From Patescibacteria group bacterium (lineage in GTDB: Bacteria > Patescibacteriota > UBA1384 > XYA2-FULL-43-10 > 1-14-0-10-43-13), in the NCBI GenBank assembly GCA_041671645.1, contig JBAZBD010000001.1:173365-237364 (forward strand): a stretch of DNA of 64,000 nt, read 5' to 3'. Position 1 is the first letter of the stretch, and the number at the start of each line of letters is the position of its first letter. This document shows positions 26,857 to 35,595 of this stretch, piece by piece. The translations under genes and the position numbers were made by a program. The notes beneath the pieces are model-generated. The model searched no databases. It saw nothing but the letters and a program-made list of their open reading frames with translations, and had not been told where the DNA came from.

Positions 26857-28413
26857 ATGGCTTTTTACCAAAAATATCGGGCAAAGAAATTCGGCGAGAT
26901 GGTCGGCCAAGAACATGTTGTTGGCACTATTTTGGCGAGCATTGCGGGCGATCGCATGGTTCACGCCTATCTTTTGGCGGGGCCAAGAGGGATCGGTAAG
27001 ACTTCAGTTGCCCGTCTTTTGGCCAAGGCAGTTAACTGTGAGAAAGTGGCCAAAGATCGCAAAGAGGGCAAGACTGATGGCGAGCCATGTGGCAAATGTA
27101 GTGCTTGTATTGAGATCGGAAACGGCCAAGCGATTGATGTGATAGAGATCGACGCCGCCTCGCATACCGGTGTTGACGAAATACGCGATGTGATCGAGAA
27201 AGCTCGTCTTTCACCCGTCAGATTGGCCAAAAAGGTTTATATAATCGATGAAGTCCATATGCTCTCCAAGAGCGCCTTTAACGCACTTTTGAAAACTCTG
27301 GAAGAGCCACCAAGCCATGCCATATTTATCTTGGCTACTACTGAAATTCACAAAATACCGGCAACTATAATTTCTCGAGTTCAGAGATATGATTTTCGTC
27401 GTGCGACCAAGGAAGATTTGGTAAAAAATTTGAAGCGCGTTGCAGCTGCTGAAAAAATGGACGTTTCTGATGAAGCGATTGAGCTTATAGCTATCCTGTC
27501 TGCAGGCGGGCATCGTGATGCACTCGGCCTTCTCGAACAGCTTTCTTCGGCCAAAGGCAAGATCATTTTGGAGTCGGCAAGAGAAATCTTGGGAGTATCA
27601 AGTCAAAAGGAAATTTTTGATTTTCTGGGGGCGATTTTTAATAACAACCCGGAGGAGGGATTAAAAATCGCCCATACTGTTTATGATCAGGGGCTTGATC
27701 TGCTTGAGTTCAATCGTGGTGTGATCGACCGTCTGCGCAAGATTATGGTTTTGTCCGTCTCTGATTCAAGCCTCTCTGATGAGACTCAGGATAGTGCCGA
27801 ACAGCTCAAAGAAATTGCGAAGGGTCAGAAGATTGAAAGACTTCTGTCGCTGATTAACATTTTTGTCGAGGCAGGGATGATGCTCAAAGATGTCTCGTAT
27901 CCTCTCTTGCCAATCGAAATGGCGGTTGTCAAATCAGTTGAAAGTATAAAGTTGAAAGTTGAAAGTGCGAATAAAGAAGAAAAATTGATCATTAGTATTC
28001 CCGAACCAAAGAAACCTGAACCAAAAATACCAGACCAAGAGCAGACCAAACCAGAATTGTCTGTTCCCCCTGACTCCGTGCCTGTGCCCGTGCTAGAAAT
28101 GACCAAGGATCTCTGGATTCGGATTATAGATGAGACCAAGAAGGAGAATTCTACACTGGCCGCTCTGCTTCGAGATGCTCATCCAACAGAAGTTACCGCC
28201 GAGAAATTGATCTTGGGGGTCAAGTTCAAATTTCACAAGGACAAGATTTCTGAGACCAAAAACATGGCGGCTCTCGAGAAGATCGTCTGCGCCGTGACTG
28301 GCTCTCCATATAATGTTTCGTGTAGACTGGTAAGCGACAAGCCCAAGGCCACATCTACCGATCCGAACGAGATCGAAAAAGCAGTAGGCGAGATCTTCGA
28401 TCTCAGTTCATAA
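26857..28413 (+). CDS. dnaX: DNA polymerase III gamma/tau subunit
   Basis: The Walker A is GPRGIGKTSVARLLAKAVNCE. The Zn motif CGKCSACIEIGNGQAIDVIEIDAAS is present. Confidence 0.9.
   Translation: MAFYQKYRAKKFGEMVGQEHVVGTILASIAGDRMVHAYLLAGPRGIGKTSVARLLAKAVNCEKVAKDRKEGKTDGEPCGKCSACIEIGNGQAIDVIEIDAASHTGVDEIRDVIEKARLSPVRLAKKVYIIDEVHMLSKSAFNALLKTLEEPPSHAIFILATTEIHKIPATIISRVQRYDFRRATKEDLVKNLKRVAAAEKMDVSDEAIELIAILSAGGHRDALGLLEQLSSAKGKIILESAREILGVSSQKEIFDFLGAIFNNNPEEGLKIAHTVYDQGLDLLEFNRGVIDRLRKIMVLSVSDSSLSDETQDSAEQLKEIAKGQKIERLLSLINIFVEAGMMLKDVSYPLLPIEMAVVKSVESIKLKVESANKEEKLIISIPEPKKPEPKIPDQEQTKPELSVPPDSVPVPVLEMTKDLWIRIIDETKKENSTLAALLRDAHPTEVTAEKLILGVKFKFHKDKISETKNMAALEKIVCAVTGSPYNVSCRLVSDKPKATSTDPNEIEKAVGEIFDLSS
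27936..27966. repeat. Heptanucleotide tandem repeat (AGTTGAA/AGTATAA) inside dnaX, in frame
   Basis: agttgaaagtataaagttgaaagttgaaagtg encodes VESIKLKVES. Confidence 0.8.
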
Positions 28414-28501
28414 TTTCTAATTCTTAATTTTTATTCAAATATTAATTAATAATTAAAAATTGATTAAAAATTAGAAACTACCAATTAACAATTACTCGAA
28501 T
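28414..28501. repeat. AT-rich ttctaatt-family intergenic element upstream of dnaB
   Basis: It shares ctaattaataattNNaattaaaaattgattaaNaatta with the element at 860-950. Confidence 0.65.
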
Positions 28502-29914
28502 ATGGCTCGCGAGCAAAACAATTCACAATCTAAAGACAAGACGTCTGGCAAGTCCGCATATTCTGGCATACGTGTGCCGCCCCAAAATATTGAGGCAGAG
28601 CGTAGCATTCTGGGGGCCGTCCTTTTGGACAAAGATGCGATTATCAAGGTGGCTGATTCTGTCTGGCCAGAAGACTTTTATGATTCTCGCAACGGTATAA
28701 TTTTTGAAGCGATGCTTAGGCTTTTCGAAAGTCGTATGCCGATTGATATCGTGACCCTCTCTGAAATGCTTGAAAAAGCGAGCCAGATCGAGACTGTCGG
28801 CGGATCGAGCTATCTAGCTGATATTGTCAACTCTACTCCGTCAGCCGCCAATGTGGTCCATTACAGCAAGATTGTGAAGGAAAAGGCGATATTGCGCCGC
28901 CTGGTCTCTGCTGGTACCGATATCACCGAGCTTGGTTTTGATGAAGAGGGAAACATTTCTGAGACACTTGATAAAGCCGAACAGAAACTCTTCTCTGTCT
29001 CTCAAAATTCTCTCAAAAACAAATTTATGCCGATCAAGGATGTCCTGACCGAGGCCTTCGACAGAATCGACAAAATTCACAAGGACAAGGATAAGGGAGC
29101 GCTTCGTGGAGTTTCTTCGGGTTTTCGTGATCTAGATGGTGTTACTGCTGGATTCAACAAATCTGATTTGATCATCCTAGCCGCTCGACCTGCTATGGGT
29201 AAAACTTCCTTTGCTCTGAATTTGGCCGAGAATGCGGCGATTGATGACAAGATACCGGTTGCAATATTTTCGCTCGAGATGAGCAAAGATCAGCTCGTGG
29301 ATCGTCTCCTCTCCTCTCAGGCTGGCGTAGACTCCTGGAAGCTCCGAACTGGTAATCTTTCCGACGACGATTTTCCAAAGATTGGCTATGCCATGGGCGT
29401 GCTTTCTGAGGCGCCGATATTCATAGACGATACTCCTAGCGCCAACGTGATGGAGATACGAGCCAAGGCTAGACGCCTTCAGATGGAGCACGGCTTGGGA
29501 CTGATCATCATCGACTATTTGCAGTTGATGCAGGGCCACTCCAGGAATTCTGATGGCAATCGTGTCCAGGAAATTTCAGAAATTTCCAGAGGTTTGAAGG
29601 GCTTGGCCCGTGAACTCGATATTCCAATCATCGCTCTCTCTCAGCTTTCTCGTGCGGTCGAACATCGTGATGACAAGAGACCACAGCTTTCTGACCTTCG
29701 TGAATCTGGCTCGATCGAGCAAGATGCTGATATCGTGATGTTTCTTTATCGTGAAGAGTATTATAATCAGGATACTGAGAAGAAAGGTATCACCGAAATA
29801 CTTATTCGCAAACATAGAAATGGTCCGACTGGTAATATCGAGCTTTTCTTCAACCCTTCACAAATGCGCTTCAATGATTTGGAGAGAAAACGAGTCTCGC
29901 AGGCGGAAGAATGA
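28502..29914 (+). CDS. dnaB: Replicative DNA helicase
   Basis: NIEAERSILGAVLLD matches the DnaB N-terminus. The Walker A is ILAARPAMGKTSFALN. Confidence 0.95.
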   Translation: MAREQNNSQSKDKTSGKSAYSGIRVPPQNIEAERSILGAVLLDKDAIIKVADSVWPEDFYDSRNGIIFEAMLRLFESRMPIDIVTLSEMLEKASQIETVGGSSYLADIVNSTPSAANVVHYSKIVKEKAILRRLVSAGTDITELGFDEEGNISETLDKAEQKLFSVSQNSLKNKFMPIKDVLTEAFDRIDKIHKDKDKGALRGVSSGFRDLDGVTAGFNKSDLIILAARPAMGKTSFALNLAENAAIDDKIPVAIFSLEMSKDQLVDRLLSSQAGVDSWKLRTGNLSDDDFPKIGYAMGVLSEAPIFIDDTPSANVMEIRAKARRLQMEHGLGLIIIDYLQLMQGHSRNSDGNRVQEISEISRGLKGLARELDIPIIALSQLSRAVEHRDDKRPQLSDLRESGSIEQDADIVMFLYREEYYNQDTEKKGITEILIRKHRNGPTGNIELFFNPSQMRFNDLERKRVSQAEE

Positions 29915-29947
29915 CAAATTGCTACCGAATAAATCAAAAGGAGCCTT

Positions 29948-30841
29948 GTGGAAAATGAATTTCAATCCGACCCGATTACCAATTCTGATATCTCTGCAGA
30001 CGAACCGGTCAAGTCGGCTGTAAATTTTGGTTATAATATCGATAGTGTTATAAAGGCAAATCTTTATTATCTAACGCCTGGGACAGCTGCGGCAGACGAG
30101 AAAATCTCTGGTTTGAGGGAGGCATATTCGAAAAACCCTACAGAAGCTCGGAGGATTTTGAGTCAGGAATATGTGAACTGTCTGAATCGTGGCGCTTTAG
30201 GAACCGCGGTTCTAATTAGAGATGATATACTCGACGGCGTTCTCGAGGTAGAGCCACAGATTCTATCTGAAGCGGCGTTCAATTGCCTCAGGGATCTGCT
30301 CAATGACAGACATTTGGACGCTGAAGGCGTCAGAACAATTTTGACTGAGTTCTTAAATGGTGAAGAAAAAATCATTGCCGAAGGAATGATCAAGGAAGCA
30401 ATAATTAAAAAAATAAAAAATTGTAATTGGCTTCACGCGAAAAGTTACATTGAAAATTTTTTTCCTGAGTTTAAGTCTGATCCGAACTGCATACTGGCTG
30501 CCCAAGAAAATTTTGAGGCATTCTTAAAGTCATCCTACAGGCAAGAGGCAGAAAAATTTATAGATTATTTTAAGTTGCCGATTGAAACTTCAGTTATTGA
30601 TGATGAGTTAAAACGAGCAGTAATTACAGATCTTGATAAAGTGAAGGACTTTAAGATTAACCCTAACTATACCAATACCCATCCAGCTGTAGGAATCGTT
30701 CGGAAGATGGATCAAGGTCTACCCCATAGTCTGGAGGGCTACGTTCTGACAGACGGGTTGAATTCAATCGTCGACAAACATCAGCTGTCGACCTTAGATG
30801 AATTAGCGGCAAAGATTGCTGAGATCAATAAGCCAGAGTAA
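29948..30841 (+). CDS. Hypothetical protein (297 aa; probable GTG start)
   Basis: The ORF is intact. The RBS aaaggag is 4 nt upstream of the GTG. Confidence 0.5.
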   Translation: MENEFQSDPITNSDISADEPVKSAVNFGYNIDSVIKANLYYLTPGTAAADEKISGLREAYSKNPTEARRILSQEYVNCLNRGALGTAVLIRDDILDGVLEVEPQILSEAAFNCLRDLLNDRHLDAEGVRTILTEFLNGEEKIIAEGMIKEAIIKKIKNCNWLHAKSYIENFFPEFKSDPNCILAAQENFEAFLKSSYRQEAEKFIDYFKLPIETSVIDDELKRAVITDLDKVKDFKINPNYTNTHPAVGIVRKMDQGLPHSLEGYVLTDGLNSIVDKHQLSTLDELAAKIAEINKPE

Positions 30842-30855
30842 TTAGAATCTAGAAT

Positions 30856-31872
30856 ATGGAAGTCAGAATGCAGAATGATCTATACAAATACTTAGAGAAT
30901 TTAACACCGCTTCGACAAAAGCAATTGCGGCACGCTGTTTTTGTCAATTTAATTGACAACGCTGAGGGCTTAACTACATTTTCCAAAATCGAGCGAGAGA
31001 AAATCAAAGAAGAATTCGTTTTCACTCCTTTTGAAGTTCTAGAGGAACAAACTTCTCGCGATGGCTCGACCAAGTGGGCGTTCAAACTAGCGGACGGTAA
31101 AGTGATCGAAACAGTGCTGATGGAATTTCATGACGGTCGCAACACCGTCTGCGTCTCTTCTCAGGTTGGCTGTCCGTCTGGTTGTCTCTTCTGCGCTACT
31201 GGTCAGCTTGGGTTTATCCGAAATTTGTCTAGTTGGGAAATACTGAGTCAAGCTCTATACGCCGGTAGGAAATTGAAAGCTCAGGACAAGAAGATTACCA
31301 ATATCGTATTTATGGGTATGGGCGAGCCACTTCTGAATTGGGACAACGTCTTGCCTGCGATCAAAGAATTGAATGACCCAGATTATTTCAATCTTGGCAG
31401 ACGTCACATGACTCTCTCGACCTGCGGACCCATCGCGGGGTTGGAGAAATTTATCGAAGCCGAGACCGGCGTGACTTTGGCTATCAGTTTGCATGCACCA
31501 AACCAAATTTTGAGGGAAAAGCTGATGCCGATCGCCAGAAGCAATAAGCTTCCAGATCTCGTAAATATACTTGACAAGTATGTCCGCTCGACACACAAGC
31601 GAGTGAGCTATGAATATCTCTTGCTGGACGGCGTGAATGACACTGATCAGTCTGCGATTGAATTGGCAAATTTGCTCAAAGGCAAGCTAGCTTTTGTAAA
31701 TCTGATAGTCTTCAACCCGATTGAAAAGTCCGCCTTTTCTCCCAGCAAACGCGACCGGGTGGATCGATTTCGAGAGATACTGGAGCGGAATCATATCGAA
31801 GTGACAGTGCGAGTCAGCCTAGGCGATGAAATATCAGCTGCCTGCGGCCAACTGGCCGGCGAGAAAAGTTAA
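30856..31872 (+). CDS. rlmN: 23S rRNA/tRNA m2A methyltransferase (radical SAM), RlmN/Cfr family
   Basis: CVSSQVGCPSGCLFCATGQLGF is the RlmN CxxxCxxC motif. Confidence 0.9.
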   Translation: MEVRMQNDLYKYLENLTPLRQKQLRHAVFVNLIDNAEGLTTFSKIEREKIKEEFVFTPFEVLEEQTSRDGSTKWAFKLADGKVIETVLMEFHDGRNTVCVSSQVGCPSGCLFCATGQLGFIRNLSSWEILSQALYAGRKLKAQDKKITNIVFMGMGEPLLNWDNVLPAIKELNDPDYFNLGRRHMTLSTCGPIAGLEKFIEAETGVTLAISLHAPNQILREKLMPIARSNKLPDLVNILDKYVRSTHKRVSYEYLLLDGVNDTDQSAIELANLLKGKLAFVNLIVFNPIEKSAFSPSKRDRVDRFREILERNHIEVTVRVSLGDEISAACGQLAGEKS

Positions 31873-31929
31873 AAGTTTGTAAAGTCTCGGGAACTCTTTT
31901 ATAATGTTGTCAACTAAGGGAAGGTATAT

Positions 31930-32436
31930 ATGCTAGAAGAGAATAAGAAAATTCTTGATAAATTGATGGGTCAGTACAGTGACAATGTTTCTGAACTAAA
32001 GGATCGCAAAGAAGCAGACAAACAGGAGCAGGAGACTTTCGCCAAAACTTTCAACGATTTGAAACACAATGTTATCTGGCCGGTGGTGATCGATATTGGC
32101 AATCAGCTCAATCAATATGGCCAGGATTATAGCATCTCGGAGGACACCGATTTTCTCGACGCGACGGCCAAGTATCATCCTTCCAATATTACAATTTTCA
32201 TCTATCCGAAAGTTGCAGAGAAGGCGATGTATACACCAGAGACGACCCCTTATGTTGCCTTTGTAGCCGACAAATACGCACGAAAAGTTGGAATTTTGGT
32301 CTCGACCATGATGCCTGACGGTTCGGGTGTGACTGGCAGCTATGGCACTTTTGAGCTGAATGTTATCACCAAGGAATTTGTCGAAAAAGAAGTTGTAAAT
32401 GTGCTCAAAGACACGCTGATTTTTCATCAAGAATAG
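31930..32436 (+). CDS. Hypothetical protein (168 aa)
   Basis: The ORF has the RBS aagggaagg. Confidence 0.5.
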   Translation: MLEENKKILDKLMGQYSDNVSELKDRKEADKQEQETFAKTFNDLKHNVIWPVVIDIGNQLNQYGQDYSISEDTDFLDATAKYHPSNITIFIYPKVAEKAMYTPETTPYVAFVADKYARKVGILVSTMMPDGSGVTGSYGTFELNVITKEFVEKEVVNVLKDTLIFHQE

Positions 32437-32511
32437 AAGTATTGCAAAATTGTCCCGCTGTTTGGAAAATAAAATAACGAGATAATTTTACAATTTTGAT
32501 TTGGAGGAATT

Positions 32512-32904
32512 ATGGAGCTAGACACAATTCGCAAGAGGATAGAGCAATTGGCCAAACTAAAAGAAGAGATCAAGATACAGAAAGAGTTGCTCAAGGGCGA
32601 ACTCGAAAATGAAGAGGAATATTTGAAGGTAGCCGAAGAAGCGAAGGCGGCCAATCAGAAGAAGAAGATAATCAGAGATGAGATCCTAGGCCGTGGGCCA
32701 AATCAGGAAACTTTAGCCAAGATCAAAGATGACAACGAGGAAATCTCAACTCTCAAGGAGATTCTTTCGGCCGAGCTAGTTCAAATTTTCCATGAGAATA
32801 ATACTGATGAGATCGCTGGTCAGAAGATCAAGGTCATCGGCACCCTTGTGCCAAACGCAAAGCAGTATGACAAGAAAAATTTCTCGGGATCATACGGTGA
32901 GTAA
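32512..32904 (+). CDS. Hypothetical coiled-coil protein (130 aa)
   Basis: The ORF has the RBS tggagg. It is Lys/Glu-rich with heptad-like periodicity. Confidence 0.5.
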   Translation: MELDTIRKRIEQLAKLKEEIKIQKELLKGELENEEEYLKVAEEAKAANQKKKIIRDEILGRGPNQETLAKIKDDNEEISTLKEILSAELVQIFHENNTDEIAGQKIKVIGTLVPNAKQYDKKNFSGSYGE

Positions 32905-32947
32905 AGTCTCGGATTAAGCTCGGATAATATTTGAAAATAATGCAGTC

Positions 32948-32990
32948 TGGGACTAAATAATATCATACTATACCATATTATTTAGTCCCA
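32948..32990. promoter_or_regulatory. Perfect 16-bp-arm inverted repeat (hairpin/operator) abutting a promoter -35 box
   Basis: tgggactaaataatat, an 11-nt loop, atattatttagtccca. No T-run follows. Confidence 0.6.
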
Positions 32991-32995
32991 TATGC

Positions 32996-33024
32996 TTGAC
33001 AAGTTGTGATCTGGTTGATATAAT
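32996..33024 (+). promoter_or_regulatory. Consensus sigma70 promoter
   Basis: TTGACA, a 17-nt spacer, TATAAT. Confidence 0.65.
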
Positions 33025-33030
33025 TGCTTA

Positions 33031-33547
33031 ATTTAGTACATTAAAAACTTGAGTTAGAGGGAACGAGATGGGGAGCGGAATTATATTTACCCCGATATAA
33101 TTTCAAAGAGAAATAATTTTTAAAATATATGGTTATTTCCCCCAGCTCGTTCCAACTAAAACAAAAATAACAAGCTATAAGGAATAGCAAGAAAACAAAA
33201 AGCCCATCCTTCGCATAAAGCTACGGAGGGCAAGAAGGAACAAAAACAAAATGCATTTAGACCAGGCTTAAATTAAATAATCATAACGCCTGACAAGATC
33301 TAATACGCAACCAATCAAAAAATTCTCCTATACATTGATAAAATATCAAGGAGGGGAGAAATCAGCATTAGAGACCTAGACCCACTCTCTTAAGGGATGC
33401 AAATCTCTTGGGGGAATCCAAAGTCGAAGCCTCTAAAAACGGGCATAAATGATGAAGCCGCAACATTATTAAAATATTGATTTGCGATCAGTCTTCAAAT
33501 CATTTCTGCCCAAACTAATAAGCCCAGTCGAAAGATTGGGTTTTTTA
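33031..33547 (+). ncRNA. Candidate ~520-nt non-coding RNA of unassigned class. It lies between a consensus promoter and an intrinsic terminator and has no ORF of 60 aa or more on either strand.
   Basis: A long-range stem GGAACGAG (33058-33065) / CTCGTTCC (33140-33147) encloses an inner GGGG...CCCC. There are A-rich spacers and several GGA motifs. The terminator is at 33522-33547. Confidence 0.35.
33522..33547 (+). terminator. Rho-independent terminator
   Basis: The stem cccagtc-gaaag-attggg is followed by TTTTTT and then TTGCCAaaaat, which is shared with 35146. Confidence 0.65.
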
Positions 33548-33667
33548 GTTGCCAAAAATATGGATTAAGCTTGCATAAATCATATTTTTGTGTCATATTG
33601 CGGGCAGAAGTTAGGCCACAATAGTGTGAGTCTAATTTAGTTTTCGCGCACCATAAAGGAGGACGCG

Positions 33668-35074
33668 ATGTCATTGTATAAGTTTGATTTCCCCAAAGGG
33701 GGAAAAGTCATCGAGGGTAAGACGAAGGCTCTTTACGAAGTGCTGGATTATCCCGGATTATTGATCGCTGAGTATAAGTCAGACATTACTGCGTTTGACG
33801 ATCCACGTTTTACAACGGTGTTTGGCACCAAAGCTCGCGATTCCAATGCAGTGACCTGCAGGATCTTCGAACTTTTGCAACAAGCCGGCTTGCCGGTTGC
33901 CTATCTTGGAAAGTTGTCAGAGACAGAATTTGTTGCTCCGCGTGTCCAGATGGCGCCGGTGGAACTCATCACCCGTCGCTTTGTTCACCCCAAGGGCAGC
34001 ATTCGGAAACGTCGACCCGAGTTGCCACCGCATTATCGCTTTGGCGAGCTGACATTCGAAGTTTGTCTGAAGACGCATAATGGTGGCAAGTATACCAACA
34101 TTTTTGGCGCAGAGGTCGATCTGGCCCTGCCGCGTGTCGATGACAAACCTACTGATGATCCGATGGTGTTAAACCCACTTGCTGACGAGTGGAAACTGAT
34201 TGGCAAGAGCCCGCTCTATGATCCAGAGGTCATAGCTACTGTCAAACGCGACGAAGTTTTGCACGGCGTCGACGAGATTACAGAATACCGCCGTTTACTC
34301 CATGCTGCCTTCCTGATCATCGAAGCATTCTTCAAATTGATCGGATGGACGACTTATGACCTTAAGGTCGAGTGCGGAAGACTGAAAGAAGACTTTCAGC
34401 CGGAGGTCGGTCCGCTCCTAAAAGCGGGGACGATCGTCATCGCTGATGTAATCGACCATGACTCCTGGAGAGTATTGGACGAATCTGGCCGTGAAATGTC
34501 TAAGCAAGTTTTTCGTGACATGATCTTGGCTGGCAAACTGGATCAGGATGAGATCGCCCAGATCTACTCTTCCGTCGTCAGAGCCGTCGAGAACTTTCGG
34601 GTTCAAGAACAGGCGCTCGTGCTCTGGCGCGGCTCGGAGGATGATAATTTTCCGGATCTTCAACTCAATGGATCGATGGGCCGGCTCGATCTGAACAATT
34701 TGCCTGGTATCAAGGTAGAACGCATCACCGGCTCCGGTCACAAGCAGACTATAGCTTGTCTGGATCGTCTAAACGCGTTACAGGCACGCTACAAGTATGG
34801 TGCGATTATTGTCGAGGTCGGTCGTAGCAACGGTCTCGGCCCGACACTGGCTGCTCACACAATCTGGCCTGTCATTTCCCGGCCCGCTTCACTTGAGAAG
34901 TGCCCCGGAGATATCTGGAGCAACCTGCGTTGTCCAAGCAACGATCCGATGGCGACAATCATCGACAAGGGGAATGCGGTTCTTTTCGCCCTCCGGCAGC
35001 TGGCACCGTTGAATCCCTACGTCGCCGCCTGGCTCCAATACGGCGTAGAGCAACTCGAAGCGACGCCAGTATAA
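33668..35074 (+). CDS. purC: Bifunctional SAICAR synthetase (PurC) plus AIR carboxylase/mutase-like (PurE-like) fusion, PAICS-like
   Basis: The N-terminus (GKTKALYEV...LLIAEYKSDITAFD...GTKARDSN and VECGRLKEDF...IVIADVIDHDSWR) matches PurC. The C-terminus (LVLWRGSEDD...SGHKQT...GRSNGLGPTLAAHTIWPVISRP...NAVLFALRQLA) follows the PurE pattern. The RBS is aaaggagg. Confidence 0.75.
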   Translation: MSLYKFDFPKGGKVIEGKTKALYEVLDYPGLLIAEYKSDITAFDDPRFTTVFGTKARDSNAVTCRIFELLQQAGLPVAYLGKLSETEFVAPRVQMAPVELITRRFVHPKGSIRKRRPELPPHYRFGELTFEVCLKTHNGGKYTNIFGAEVDLALPRVDDKPTDDPMVLNPLADEWKLIGKSPLYDPEVIATVKRDEVLHGVDEITEYRRLLHAAFLIIEAFFKLIGWTTYDLKVECGRLKEDFQPEVGPLLKAGTIVIADVIDHDSWRVLDESGREMSKQVFRDMILAGKLDQDEIAQIYSSVVRAVENFRVQEQALVLWRGSEDDNFPDLQLNGSMGRLDLNNLPGIKVERITGSGHKQTIACLDRLNALQARYKYGAIIVEVGRSNGLGPTLAAHTIWPVISRPASLEKCPGDIWSNLRCPSNDPMATIIDKGNAVLFALRQLAPLNPYVAAWLQYGVEQLEATPV

Positions 35075-35094
35075 GACATAATCAACCAAGATCC

Positions 35095-35145
35095 GAGAGC
35101 GGATCGCAATGAGTAATTATTACTCAAGCGGTTCGCTCTTTTTAG
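35095..35145 (+). terminator. Conserved terminator module, copy A (also at 37120-37170)
   Basis: The stem gagagcggatcgc...gcggttcgctc has an inner AGTA/TACT hairpin and is followed by TTTTT. Confidence 0.7.
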
Positions 35146-35173
35146 TTGCCAAAAATAATAGTTGTGGTACGAT
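35146..35173 (+). promoter_or_regulatory. Putative promoter
   Basis: TTGCCA, a 16-nt spacer, TACGAT. The same TTGCCAaaaat sequence follows the terminator at 33547. Confidence 0.4.
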
Positions 35174-35222
35174 ATCTGGCAATAGCAGATCTCATGCTAA
35201 ATCTTGCAAAGGAGGTAAGTCC

Positions 35223-35450
35223 GTGCTTATCTCAATAACCGATCGCATCGGCTCCGCTGTAGTTCGGGGCATGATCTCCGATCATAATCCTCCGCCAAAG
35301 CCAGAGGCTACCTCTGGCGCAAAGTTTCAGGTCGGGAACGACCCCATTACCGCAGAAGTTCTGCGCAGTATGAAGCAGAATCAAAACCGAGTCCGTCACG
35401 TTGAGGACCCAGATGATGGAAGACATTCCTCGTTACTGATGTGCAAGTAG
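35223..35450 (+). CDS. Possible small ORF (76 aa, GTG start). The same region could instead be a structured RNA.
   Basis: A strong RBS AAAGGAGG lies 7 nt upstream of the GTG. The sequence GGAGGUAAGUCCGUGCU also resembles the RNase P P4 5' strand GGAGGAAAGUCCGGGCU. Confidence 0.25.
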   Translation: MLISITDRIGSAVVRGMISDHNPPPKPEATSGAKFQVGNDPITAEVLRSMKQNQNRVRHVEDPDDGRHSSLLMCK

Positions 35451-35460
35451 TGCTAAGCCC

Positions 35461-35497
35461 ACCGGTGTTGTCTGATACGATAGCGCCGGTTTTTATT
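35461..35497 (+). terminator. Rho-independent terminator
   Basis: The stem accgg...ccggt is followed by tttttattt. Confidence 0.55.
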
Positions 35498-35595
35498 TGC
35501 ATTTTTTGTGCGTAATCGTTATAACGGTCTCATTGCAGGCGCTCGCAAGCAAAATACCAGAGCGCAAAATTTTCTGTACAAAAGGGGAACATATT

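Noticed and set aside
32948-33547. Identity of the candidate ncRNA as tmRNA, RNase P, SRP or 6S
   Set aside because: I could not find the tRNA-like T-arm plus CCA, the P4 pair, or the SRP domain IV GGAA motifs by eye. Its class is left open.
35109-35450. 113-aa ORF as listed in the ORF track
   Set aside because: Its 5' part spans the purC-E terminator and a promoter, and it lacks an RBS at the ATG. Only the RBS-linked GTG-initiated distal part (35223-35450) is plausible, and even that may be RNA.
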